A stretch of DNA of 59,057 nt, from IMG/VR virus record IMGVR_UViG_3300031565_000032. The stretch is one strand, 5' to 3'. Below the pieces are notes generated by a model. That model saw only the letters and a program-made list of their open reading frames with translations, ran no database searches and was not told the origin of the DNA. Source of the stretch: a virus. Positions 16,407 through 25,289 of this stretch are shown here, in pieces. The stretch's first letter is position 1. The number at the start of each line of letters is the position of its first letter. A program made the position numbers and the translations under genes.

Positions 16407-17100
16407 AATGAGGTCGAAAAGGTTTAAGGGGAAGGTGCTTAAAGAGATAAGCGGTAAGCCTCTCCTGTGGCATGTTGTTAATCGTGTGCGACATTCCAAG
16501 ATTGATGATTTGGTTGTGGCTACTACCATTAATCCAGAAGACGACCCGATTGTAAGGTTTGCAGAAGAATACCATATTAAAACTTTCCGTGGTAGCGAGG
16601 AAGACGTGCTAGACCGTTTCTATCAAGCAGCCAAGAAAGTTAAGAATATCGTGCGGGTTTGCGGGGATAACCCATTGATTGACCCAGAGACAATTGATAC
16701 AGTTATTAATCTTTATGATGGATATGACTACTTTAGTAACAGAAGTTACCCCGAAGGGTTGCACGTAGAGGTCTTTTCTTTTGAAGTATTAGAGCAGGCA
16801 TGGAAGGAAGCCAAATCTTTTGAACGGGAGCATGTTACCCCATTTATTTATCATCATGACGAGCGTTTCAAGATAGGGGGCATTGTGGCGAATCTTCCCC
16901 CGATGAGATTGTGTGTAGACTATCCCTGTGATTTAGAATTAGTAAGAGAGGTCTACAAGAAGTTATGGCAGGGGGATATATTTAATACTGGTGACATCTG
17001 TCACCTATTTGAAGTTCACCCGGAATTACTGGAAATCAACAAAGGAATTCCACGGCTTGAAGGATACCATGAAAGTCAGCGTAATCATCACCTGTTATAA
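16384..17100 (+). CDS. Cytidylyltransferase, SpsF/COG1861-type (CTP_transf_3 family), 238 aa
   Basis: MLAIIQARMRSKRFKGKVLKEISGKPLLWHVVNRV...VVATT...RGSEEDVLDRF...VCGDNPLIDP. Confidence 0.8.
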   Translation: MLAIIQARMRSKRFKGKVLKEISGKPLLWHVVNRVRHSKIDDLVVATTINPEDDPIVRFAEEYHIKTFRGSEEDVLDRFYQAAKKVKNIVRVCGDNPLIDPETIDTVINLYDGYDYFSNRSYPEGLHVEVFSFEVLEQAWKEAKSFEREHVTPFIYHHDERFKIGGIVANLPPMRLCVDYPCDLELVREVYKKLWQGDIFNTGDICHLFEVHPELLEINKGIPRLEGYHESQRNHHLL

Positions 17101-17731
17101 CTTAGCGGATTATATTGACAGGGCTACACGGAGTTGCTTGAATCAGACTCTCCCGGAAGAGGAGTTTGAAGTTATAGTTGTTGACGATGCCAGCACGGAT
17201 TATAGCAGAAAAATTATTACAGGTCTTGGGCATTTTGTCAAACCGATTTTCCTGGAGAAGAATGTTGGGGTAGCTGAAGCATCTAACATCGGGATAGAAA
17301 AAGCTAAAGGTAAATACATTATTAGAGTTGATGGGGATGATTACATTAACCGGAACATACTTTTTATTATGTCGGAGATTCTTGAATGGAATGATGATAT
17401 CGGGTTCGTTTATTGCGACCAGATTAAAGTAGACGAGGGGGAAGAGAGAAGGGTTGAAATAAACACATTGGAAAAACTCTTAAATAATGGTGCTGGTGTG
17501 ATGTTCCGTAAGTCCTATCTTGAATCAATAGGATTATATGACCCCAAATTGAGAACCAGTGAAGATTATGATTTGATTCTCAGGTATATGAAGAATTTTA
17601 ACGGCTACCATTTGCGGTTGCCATATTACCGCTACTTCCAGAGGGAGGGCAGCCTAAGTAAGTCACCTGATAGGGCTACATTACAGAGTGAAATAAGGGG
17701 AAGGCAATGTCGGAATTCTTTGATAGATTAG
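17070..17731 (+). CDS. Family 2 glycosyltransferase (220 aa from ATG 17070)
   Basis: MKVSVIITCYNLADYIDRATRSCLNQTL..FEVIVVDDASTD...RVDGDD (DxD). Confidence 0.85.
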
Positions 17732-18780
17732 GGGAAAGAGCCTATATTATTGCCGAAGCTGGGGTGAATCATCTCGGCTCTCTGGAGCTTGGCGAAAGGT
17801 TAATCAGGGGGGCAAAGGAATCTGGGGCGGATGCCATAAAATTCCAAACCTATAAGGCTGAGAAGCTAACCACGAAAGATGCCCCTAGATTCTGGGATTG
17901 GGATGGTGAATGTGAAGGGTCTCAATATGACTCTTACTCACTTTTAGATTCCTTTGGCTATAAAGAGCATAAGAAGTTAAAGGAATTATGTGATAAATAC
18001 GGGATAGACTTTCTGTCTACCGCATTTGATAATGAAGCCGTTGACTACCTGGATAAGTTAGGCATGAAAGCCTTTAAGATAGCTTCTTGTGATTTAACCA
18101 ACCATCCCCTTTTAAAGTATATCGCCAAAAAGGGAAAGCCTATTTTACTATCCACCGGGGGCAGTACGATAAATGAGATTCACGAAGCCGTGGATATAAT
18201 CGAACCGATAAATAAAGAGATTGTCATTATGCACTGCACTCTATGTTATCCTACCAAAAATAAGGATGCAAATATAAATGCTATCAGTCATTTGAAGAAT
18301 GAGTTCCCCTATTTAATCGGGCTATCCGATCATACTTTGGGTATCTTAACACCTGTTATAGCCAGAACTTTAGGGGCGGTATTAATTGAGAAGCATTATA
18401 CGGTAGATAAAACTTTAGGTAAGAGCGCGGACCATTGTATATCGGTTGACACTGATGAATTAAAAAAACTTATTGAGCAGGTGAGAATATGTGAGACGCT
18501 TCTGGGGGGGAAGAAGCAAGTTGCGGATTGTGAAGTAAGAGCCAGGAAGTACGCACGGCGGAGTATCGTTTTAGCTAAAAATCTGTCAAAGGGGCGTATA
18601 CTGCGTGAAAAAGACCTGATATTTAAAAGGCCGGGGACGGGGATATCCCCCAGCCTGTTAGATGGAGTAATCGGTAAAAAAATTAACACTGATATTACCA
18701 AAGATTCTATATTGGCATGGAGTATGCTTGAAAGCGATAGAAAATATATAAACACTATAAGGATACCTTATGAGGATTAA
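17707..18780 (+). CDS. NeuB/PseI/LegI-family nonulosonic acid synthase 2, with SAF-type C-terminus (357 aa)
   Basis: YIIAEAGVNHLGSLELGERLIRGAKESGADAIKFQTYKAEKL, FKIASCDLTN, GLSDHTLG, LIEKHYT, SADHCISV. Confidence 0.85.
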   Translation: MSEFFDRLGERAYIIAEAGVNHLGSLELGERLIRGAKESGADAIKFQTYKAEKLTTKDAPRFWDWDGECEGSQYDSYSLLDSFGYKEHKKLKELCDKYGIDFLSTAFDNEAVDYLDKLGMKAFKIASCDLTNHPLLKYIAKKGKPILLSTGGSTINEIHEAVDIIEPINKEIVIMHCTLCYPTKNKDANINAISHLKNEFPYLIGLSDHTLGILTPVIARTLGAVLIEKHYTVDKTLGKSADHCISVDTDELKKLIEQVRICETLLGGKKQVADCEVRARKYARRSIVLAKNLSKGRILREKDLIFKRPGTGISPSLLDGVIGKKINTDITKDSILAWSMLESDRKYINTIRIPYED

Positions 18781-20209
18781 TGAAAAAGAAGGCGCAGAGG
18801 GAACACTATGGCGTGAATTGTGGGGAGCCTATATCGAGGCTACCAAATCCTTATGGAGTAAATTTCCCGAAGTTCTGGCCGGAGGCTTTTATCTTATTTC
18901 CCCCTATCATTCTGCTTTCGGATTAAAAACTAAAATGAGGAATTGTATTTTATTTATTCAATTCATCATATTATTCGTTCTCCACCCCTTGAAACTGAAT
19001 TTCACTTTTGACCCCTGTGATGCGGTTATATTTTGCTCTTCTACTAAACCAAGTATTCAGGAATCTATGTTACCTCTTGTAGCTCGGCTGGTAAAAAGGG
19101 GATATCGCTGCGCAGTTATCACTTCTTCCAATATGTATATATGGGTGGCTGATGTCTACCCTAAAATAAGTATTACCACTATTGTCAATTTCAGAAAGCG
19201 ATTAACCTACGGGTACAATCGGGTATCTTCATTCAAAATATTTTGCAGGGCATTATTGATAACAGCTATTTTGTATGCCCAAATCATCCGTAAACACCCC
19301 CTTGATTTTACTAAGTTACTCCACAATCCCCTTAAAGTTTTATACATGATGATGATGAGTTCCCACAAGTTGAGCGTTGCCGGCGATATACTCAGACAAC
19401 TCAAGCCCCGCCTTATGGTTACGATGCAGGAAAGGTTGCCGATTGCAGCGGAGTTGCTTTTATCTAAAGAAGCGGATAAATTCTATAAGATTCTGTATCA
19501 CTATGAAGAGCCGATGATATTCTCTGCCCCGATAATATCTCAAGAGGTTTGTGTTTGGAATCAGACAATGATAGATGAACTGTTAAAAGTCTCAGACCGA
19601 ACCCCGACTTATACTATTGTTGGGAGTCAGGAAATCAGCAATGCGCTCATAAATACTAAAGTAATTTCTAGTGGTGATAAACCTGTATTCCTTTACCTGT
19701 CACAGTTCGGGCAATTGAATGATGGTTTTACTGAGGCTCCTAGAGAAGCTATGTCATGGATAGAGTACGCGGCAAAGGAATGCAGTGATTGGTATTTTGT
19801 CATAAAGCGCAGAGCATTCCATTACGATGTGGTTGACCCTGGTGCAGAAAAACTTAAATACGATAATGTTTTCATTCCAGATGAGAAGATGGATTTTAAC
19901 CTTTGTATGCGTTGGTCTAATGTGGCTGTTGTGGGGTCTATCTATTCTATGGGGCTTTTTACTGTAGCAGGGATTGGGAAAGAATCATTTAGATTACTTG
20001 TCCCACACAGAACGAATAAACACCCTATCATTGATGAAATTTCAACCCCCGTTCATTCAAAAGAGGAGTTAGTAAAGTTGCTAAAAAACTTTACTCGTGG
20101 TAAAATATCAATGAAAGATTTAAAAGAGGATTCAAGATTCCCTTACAGGGGGCAAACTTTAAATAGAATGGAAAGTTTATGCCTGAAGCATTTAGGGAAT
20201 AAAGTATGA
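18770..20209 (+). CDS. Hypothetical 479-aa protein in the sugar island (candidate novel transferase)
   Basis: Overlaps both neighbours by 4-11 nt. Hydrophobic N-terminal segment (ILFIQFIILFVL). No family recognised by eye. Confidence 0.6.
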   Translation: MRINEKEGAEGTLWRELWGAYIEATKSLWSKFPEVLAGGFYLISPYHSAFGLKTKMRNCILFIQFIILFVLHPLKLNFTFDPCDAVIFCSSTKPSIQESMLPLVARLVKRGYRCAVITSSNMYIWVADVYPKISITTIVNFRKRLTYGYNRVSSFKIFCRALLITAILYAQIIRKHPLDFTKLLHNPLKVLYMMMMSSHKLSVAGDILRQLKPRLMVTMQERLPIAAELLLSKEADKFYKILYHYEEPMIFSAPIISQEVCVWNQTMIDELLKVSDRTPTYTIVGSQEISNALINTKVISSGDKPVFLYLSQFGQLNDGFTEAPREAMSWIEYAAKECSDWYFVIKRRAFHYDVVDPGAEKLKYDNVFIPDEKMDFNLCMRWSNVAVVGSIYSMGLFTVAGIGKESFRLLVPHRTNKHPIIDEISTPVHSKEELVKLLKNFTRGKISMKDLKEDSRFPYRGQTLNRMESLCLKHLGNKV

Positions 20210-21189
20210 AGACGATTTTAATCACAGGTATAGCAGGGTTTTTCGGGCATCATTTATTGGAGCATATTCTGAAGGATACCGATTGGAACGTTATTGGTTT
20301 AGAGGGGATAAACTATGCAGGGAATTTAGGGCGGGTTAAAGATATTGGTATCTTTACTGAAAATGAGCACCGTGTAAAGTTTGTCTGGCATGACTTACGT
20401 TCATCTTTTAATGATACAGTTATTAATCAAATAGGGCAGGTTGATTACATTGTTCACCTTGCAGCCGAGACGCATGTTGAAAGAAGTCTGATTGATTCAA
20501 GGCCATTTGTATTAAGTAACGTACTTGGGACTTGCCATCTTCTTGAATATACCAAGCACTATCAGAAGAAACTTACTAAATATATTCAATTCTCCACCGA
20601 TGAGGTTTTCGGACCCGCTCCACCTGGGGTCGATTACAAAGAATGGGACACACACAGACCATCTAACCCGTATTCCGGGGCTAAAGCCGGGGCTGATGAT
20701 TTAGCACTTTCCTTTGCGCACTCTTTCCAGATACCGATTATCATTACTCATACAATGAATATGTTTGGGGAGAGACAGCATGAGGAAAAGTTTCTGCCGA
20801 TGACAATCAAGAAAATACTCACAGGTGAGACGGTTACTATTCACGGGCAGAAGGATAGTATTAGTACCAGGAAATGGATTCATTGTAGGAATGTAGCTAA
20901 TGCGGTTACATTCTTATTGGCTAAGGGAGAGCCGGAGGATAAGTATAATATTGCGGGTGAAGAACTGGACGTTCTTAGTTTTGCCCAGTTCATATCTAAA
21001 GTTATAGGCAAGCCACTTATATATGAATTTCTGGATTTCCACGCCACCCGTCCAGGCCACGACCTCCGCTATAGTTTAGATGGTAGTAAACTTGCAAGCA
21101 TGGGTTGGAAACCCCCCATAGAGTTTCTGCCTTCATTGGAGAGGGTTATAAAATGGACACTGCAAAATAAACAATGGATAGGTCTTTAA
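20206..21189 (+). CDS. NAD-dependent sugar-nucleotide 4,6-dehydratase/epimerase (RfbB-like extended SDR), 327 aa
   Basis: ILITGIAGFFGHHL (GxxGxxG), STDEVFG, YSGAKAGADD (YxxxK). Confidence 0.85.
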   Translation: MKTILITGIAGFFGHHLLEHILKDTDWNVIGLEGINYAGNLGRVKDIGIFTENEHRVKFVWHDLRSSFNDTVINQIGQVDYIVHLAAETHVERSLIDSRPFVLSNVLGTCHLLEYTKHYQKKLTKYIQFSTDEVFGPAPPGVDYKEWDTHRPSNPYSGAKAGADDLALSFAHSFQIPIIITHTMNMFGERQHEEKFLPMTIKKILTGETVTIHGQKDSISTRKWIHCRNVANAVTFLLAKGEPEDKYNIAGEELDVLSFAQFISKVIGKPLIYEFLDFHATRPGHDLRYSLDGSKLASMGWKPPIEFLPSLERVIKWTLQNKQWIGL

Positions 21190-21196
21190 GGGGGGA

Positions 21197-21370
21197 ATGA
21201 TGAAACAGAATGTATGTGAATATCCTTGTTGGGATGGTGGGGTTTATATAGAAACTGCATGGCAAGATGATATTCGTCTGAAGAAGCGGTTCGCCGTAGA
21301 GAGGAAAGAGAAGATTGCAGCCATGAACTCTATAAAGAGATTCTTTTGGAGACTTCTTATAAATGACTAA
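21197..21370 (+). CDS. Possible small protein (57 aa)
   Basis: MMKQNVCEYPCWDGGVYIETAWQDDIRLKKRFAVERKEKIAAMNSIKRFFWRLLIND; overlaps the next start by 8 nt. Confidence 0.4.
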   Translation: MMKQNVCEYPCWDGGVYIETAWQDDIRLKKRFAVERKEKIAAMNSIKRFFWRLLIND

Positions 21371-22058
21371 TCTATTTGATTTAACTGGTAAAAAGGCAGT
21401 AGTGACTGGCGGTAAGGGTCTTTTAGCTCCTATATGGTGCGAGACTTTAAGAACGGCTGGTGCAGATGTTCATATAATAGATTTGCCAATGGATGATGTC
21501 AGGGATAGAGAGAAATTAAATTTCCTTGCTGGTCATTGGTCTCCTGTTGATATTATCGTAAACAACGCTGCCATAGACAACCCGCCGACTTCAAAAGCTA
21601 CATTCTTTGGGAACTGTAAAGAAATATTAGACGTTAATCTACAGGGTGCGGTTAATGTCTGCGAGGCTTTCATACCTTCAATGATTAAAAACGGCGGGGG
21701 AGTGATTGTAAACATAGGTTCTATTCAAGGATATGGTGGTGCTGATTACAGGAACTATCCAGAGGACTTTGAGAAACCAATAGGATACAATTTAAGTAAG
21801 TGGGGTCTAAGAGGTTTAAGTAAATCAATCTGCGTTCAATACGGTAGATACAACATACGGGCAGTCACACCGTCATTTAGTGCTTACGATGGTGGGAAGT
21901 TAGAACCTGCATTCCTAGAGAAGTTCCTGCACAATATCCCTCTTAATAGGTGTGTCTCTAAGGAGAGTCTGCAAATGACGCTCTTATATGCTGTATGCTG
22001 TCCCGAACTTACAGGCGTAGACTGGAGAGTAGATGGAGGTTTAGGCGCATGGGCGTGA
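21363..22058 (+). CDS. Short-chain dehydrogenase/reductase (231 aa)
   Basis: KAVVTGGKGLL, NNAAI, YNLSKWG (YxxxK). Confidence 0.8.
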   Translation: MTNLFDLTGKKAVVTGGKGLLAPIWCETLRTAGADVHIIDLPMDDVRDREKLNFLAGHWSPVDIIVNNAAIDNPPTSKATFFGNCKEILDVNLQGAVNVCEAFIPSMIKNGGGVIVNIGSIQGYGGADYRNYPEDFEKPIGYNLSKWGLRGLSKSICVQYGRYNIRAVTPSFSAYDGGKLEPAFLEKFLHNIPLNRCVSKESLQMTLLYAVCCPELTGVDWRVDGGLGAWA

Positions 22059-22060
22059 AA

Positions 22061-22195
22061 ATGATAAAACTACCTGTTTATAAAGATATGGATTCACCAT
22101 TAGAATATATAAGATTAGAACTTAAAGATGAAGTATGGGATAAATTAAAAGAATACGCACCTCCCCTTACAATTGTAGAGGATATAAATGACTAA
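22061..22195 (+). CDS. Possible small acidic protein (44 aa)
   Basis: MIKLPVYKDMDSPLEYIRLELKDEVWDKLKEYAPPLTIVEDIND; overlaps the next start by 8 nt. Confidence 0.4.
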   Translation: MIKLPVYKDMDSPLEYIRLELKDEVWDKLKEYAPPLTIVEDIND

Positions 22196-22892
22196 TTGTG
22201 TAGCCCTAATCCCCTGTCGCAGTGGCTCTAAGAGAATACCTGATAAGAATATTAAACTCTTAGGGGGCAATCCTCTTATTTACTGGACGATTAAAGCTGC
22301 TTTAGAGAGTAAGGTATTTGATGATGTTATAGTTTCAACCAATTCAGATAAGTACGCCGACATTGCCAGAAGCTACGGGGCTGAAGTGATAATGAGACCT
22401 GAAGAGTACGCTACTGATATATCCCCTGACATCCAATGGGTTAAATACACCTTAGACAACGTACAATCAATATCTGGGCGTTTTTATGATTGCTTTAGTA
22501 TCTTACGACCTACCTCACCTTTTCGTACACCAGAAACGATACAAAGGGCATGGCGAGAATTTACAGCACAGGAGGTAGATTCACTGAGGGCTGTAGAGAA
22601 GTGTAGCCAGCACCCTTGCAAGATGTGGCGTATTGAAAACAAATATATGATGTTACCACTATACCCAGAGATGCACAGCCAACCCTATCAGACATTACCT
22701 GAAATATATATTCAAAACGCCTCTCTTGAAATAGCATGGACTAGAGTTTTAGATAAAGATTCTATATCAGGGTTTTATGTAATGCCCTTCTTTACTCAGG
22801 GATATGGAGGCTTTGATATAAACACAGAGATGGACTGGCAGATTGCCGAGGAGTTAATACGCACTAATAAAGTGAAATTACCGATGATTTAA
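22188..22892 (+). CDS. neuA: Acylneuraminate (CMP-nonulosonate) cytidylyltransferase, NeuA-type (234 aa)
   Basis: VALIPCRSGSKRIPDKNIKLLGGNPLIYWTIKAALES...VIVSTNS...ILRPTSPFR. Confidence 0.85.
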   Translation: MTNCVALIPCRSGSKRIPDKNIKLLGGNPLIYWTIKAALESKVFDDVIVSTNSDKYADIARSYGAEVIMRPEEYATDISPDIQWVKYTLDNVQSISGRFYDCFSILRPTSPFRTPETIQRAWREFTAQEVDSLRAVEKCSQHPCKMWRIENKYMMLPLYPEMHSQPYQTLPEIYIQNASLEIAWTRVLDKDSISGFYVMPFFTQGYGGFDINTEMDWQIAEELIRTNKVKLPMI

Positions 22893-24316
22893 TGGATAAT
22901 CCCTTTACAGAAGTAATAAGTAAGATAAAAGAAGATAAGCGTCAGAAAGTCCCTCTGTTAAGTGGGGAGGGTTCTGAGGTTGTCAATTACTGGCGTTTAA
23001 ATCCCGTTAGATTCATAGAAGATGTATTAGGGGTCAAACTATGGTCTAAACAGGCCCAGATTTGCAACTCAGTGCGTGACAACCCACGTACAAGCGTGAG
23101 GTCGTGTTCTGCTGTAGGGAAGACGGGAGTTAGTGCTTTAATAGTGTTATGGTTCCTGTGTGCTTTCAGGCCGGCTACCGTTCTGACAACTGGTAGGAGT
23201 TTTAGACAGGTTAAAGAGCAGTTATGGAGGGAGATACGTACCAGACATGCACAATCTCGAAGACCAATAGGGGGTGAGATTACTCAGGTATCCTTAAATC
23301 TCGCGGAAGACTGGTTTGCTCTTGGGTTCTCTACTGATGAATCGGACAGAGTAACGGGGTATCATAATAGACACGTATTAGTTATCGTGGATGAGGCCAG
23401 CGGGGTCCCTGAAGAAGTTTACGGGGCTTTAGATAATCCTTTAAGTTCGGGGTGGACTCGTCAGTTAATTATAGGCAACCCTACTCAGTCGGTGGGTAAA
23501 TTCAGGGATAGTTTTACTTCTGCTACTTTCAATTCGTTCCACATATCGGCATTTGATACGCCCAATTTCACCGGAGAAGAGGGCGATTTTTCTTTTTTGA
23601 TTTCTAAAGAATATGTTGAAGCTAAGAAGTTAGAATGGGGGGAAGATAATCCATTATATGAAGTTTTTATTAAAGGGGACTTCCCCTCCGGTGAGACCGA
23701 TAGGTTAATCCCCTTTGGGGCGGCTGAACTGGCAATTAACAGAGAAATAAAACCCGATAAAGAAGAAGAATACGCAATGGGGATTGATACAGCTAGATTT
23801 GGCGAAGATGAAAACGCCCTATATATAAGACACGGAAGTAGGGTAATTAAAAGCGTCTTCTGGAAGAAATCCGATACCGAAGCCTCTATTGGTAAAATAG
23901 TGCATGAACTAAAACTCTTAAAAGAAGCCGAAACCCCATGCAATATTATTAACATAGATGAGGGCTATAATCCAGGTATTGTTGACGGGTTGAAAGCATT
24001 AAAATACAAAGTTAATGGAATTACATTTCAATCAAAAGCTAAAAATCATAAACTATTTGCTAATGTTCGTGCTGAAATGTTCTGGAATCTTGCAGATAGA
24101 TTTAAGGCAGGAACGATTGATATCCCTAACGATAAGGTATTATTAAAGCAAGTAACAGACATTAAGAAAAAACCCTTAGACAGACAGGACAAAATCATAA
24201 TAGAGTCTAAGGAAGATATGAAAGCAAGGGGCTTAAAATCACCTGACAGAGCTGATGCATTAGCTTTATGCTTTATGAACCCAGTCCCTAGACCCTTGAG
24301 TATCAGGTGGGTTTAA
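22892..24316 (+). CDS. terL: Terminase large subunit (474 aa)
   Basis: LWSKQAQI, Walker A SCSAVGKTG, Walker B VLVIVDEASGV, and a C-terminal nuclease segment AMGIDTARFGEDENAL. The ATG overlaps the neuA-like stop (TAATG). Confidence 0.9.
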   Translation: MDNPFTEVISKIKEDKRQKVPLLSGEGSEVVNYWRLNPVRFIEDVLGVKLWSKQAQICNSVRDNPRTSVRSCSAVGKTGVSALIVLWFLCAFRPATVLTTGRSFRQVKEQLWREIRTRHAQSRRPIGGEITQVSLNLAEDWFALGFSTDESDRVTGYHNRHVLVIVDEASGVPEEVYGALDNPLSSGWTRQLIIGNPTQSVGKFRDSFTSATFNSFHISAFDTPNFTGEEGDFSFLISKEYVEAKKLEWGEDNPLYEVFIKGDFPSGETDRLIPFGAAELAINREIKPDKEEEYAMGIDTARFGEDENALYIRHGSRVIKSVFWKKSDTEASIGKIVHELKLLKEAETPCNIINIDEGYNPGIVDGLKALKYKVNGITFQSKAKNHKLFANVRAEMFWNLADRFKAGTIDIPNDKVLLKQVTDIKKKPLDRQDKIIIESKEDMKARGLKSPDRADALALCFMNPVPRPLSIRWV

Positions 24317-24532
24317 AGGTAACGTGTCCGCTTTCACCTCCTCATAGTCTATAAATTTAACTCCTTCTAAACCTTCTTCTATGTTAGTAATTACATAATC
24401 GTGATTTTCACATAATAAATCAATGATATTAATGGATGTGCCATCTTCCAGTAACTTCTGAGCGATAGGTTTTATTACAGGTACAACGATTTTAAGTAGT
24501 ATCTGGTCGTACTTGGTAAATACCTTTTTCAT
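24266..24532 (-). CDS. Hypothetical protein (88 aa), reverse-strand cassette gene 2
   Basis: ORF track. Its 3' end overlaps the terL 3' end by 51 nt (convergent). Confidence 0.55.
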   Translation of the reverse strand: MKKVFTKYDQILLKIVVPVIKPIAQKLLEDGTSINIIDLLCENHDYVITNIEEGLEGVKFIDYEEVKADTLPLNPPDTQGSRDWVHKA

Positions 24533-24849
24533 TTATCTTCCTCATCAGGGATAAAGACTAAATTACCTTTCCTTCCCATGTAGGAATGAGGTTCCTTGAG
24601 ACCGATGAAACCAGCGAGATTAGCACCATGTAAATATGATTGGTAAACATCATTAGGTATTCCTTCTTTTATCAAAGCCTTTAGCATCGCATCTGCGCCG
24701 AGTTCAAAGGCTTGACTACCTTCTGCCCTTTGCGAAGCACTTATCATCCCTCCATAACTCCCAGCATCAAATCTATAATATTCTAATATAGTGTCTGCTA
24801 ATTTAGCCTTATCGTACGGGTTCTCCCATCCTTCTTCAGGTCTCCACAT
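24529..24849 (-). CDS. Hypothetical protein (106 aa), reverse-strand cassette gene 1
   Basis: TAGGAGGTGAAAT then ATG; has its own promoter upstream. Confidence 0.65.
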   Translation of the reverse strand: MWRPEEGWENPYDKAKLADTILEYYRFDAGSYGGMISASQRAEGSQAFELGADAMLKALIKEGIPNDVYQSYLHGANLAGFIGLKEPHSYMGRKGNLVFIPDEEDK

Positions 24850-24867
24850 ATTTCACCTCCTATATAT

Positions 24868-24896
24868 AGTTTACATCTTTTAAGTAGAGAAGTCAA
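24868..24896 (-). promoter_or_regulatory. Sigma70-like promoter for the 24849-24266 cassette
   Basis: Minus strand TTGACT-17 nt-TAAACT, followed by ATATATAGGAGGTGAAAT and ATG. Confidence 0.55.
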
Positions 24897-25009
24897 ACAG
24901 ACGTAAAAAGGGGTAGTGGGTCAATATGCTAGAATACCCCTAGATGGCCTGAGAAACTATCTAAGGGTATTCTTTTATTTGGGGTCTTTTTATTTGACCC
25001 AGTTTGACC

Positions 25010-25096
25010 GGGGAGTTGTCAGAGTGGTTGATTGTACTCGACTTAAAATCGAGAGGCTGTGCGAGCAGCCCAGGAGTTCGAATCTCCTACTCCCCG
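25010..25096 (+). tRNA. tRNA-Leu (anticodon UAA), type II with a long variable arm, no encoded CCA
   Basis: Hand fold. Acceptor GGGGAGT/ACTCCCC. Anticodon stem CTCGA/TCGAG with loop CTTAAAA. Variable arm GGCTG/CAGCC. T arm AGGAG-TTCGAAT-CTCCT. Discriminator G. Confidence 0.85.
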
Positions 25097-25240
25097 CTCA
25101 AGTATTATTATAGCATATGAATAGAATTTGTCAAGTCAAGAGCGAAACTTAACTCTTAAGGGAATGGCAAAAAGGAGGCAAAATGGTTATTAATCATTCA
25201 TTCGAGGAACAACTATAGAAGAGATTATAAAACTAGGTCA

Positions 25241-25269
25241 TTGACAATGTAACCATGTTGCCATAAAAT
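25241..25269 (+). promoter_or_regulatory. Strong sigma70-like promoter reading into the inverted-repeat module
   Basis: TTGACA (25241-25246), 17-nt spacer, TAAAAT (25264-25269). Confidence 0.6.
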
Positions 25270-25289
25270 TAACACGCCCATAACTGGGT

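Noticed and set aside
23485-23955. ORF 23485..23955 (-), 156 aa, inside terL. Similar antisense ORFs occur inside the portal, protease, capsid, methylase and sugar genes (for example 8192..8419, 10830..11385, 13980..14387, 18396..18755, 27404..27664, 28720..29511, 30213..30566).
   Set aside because: All lie antisense to or out of frame with genes that have clear family motifs, and none has ribosome-binding sites. They are treated as shadow ORFs.
24916-25113. ORF 24916..25113 (+), 65 aa.
   Set aside because: It overlaps the tRNA-Leu gene almost entirely, so the open frame is incidental.
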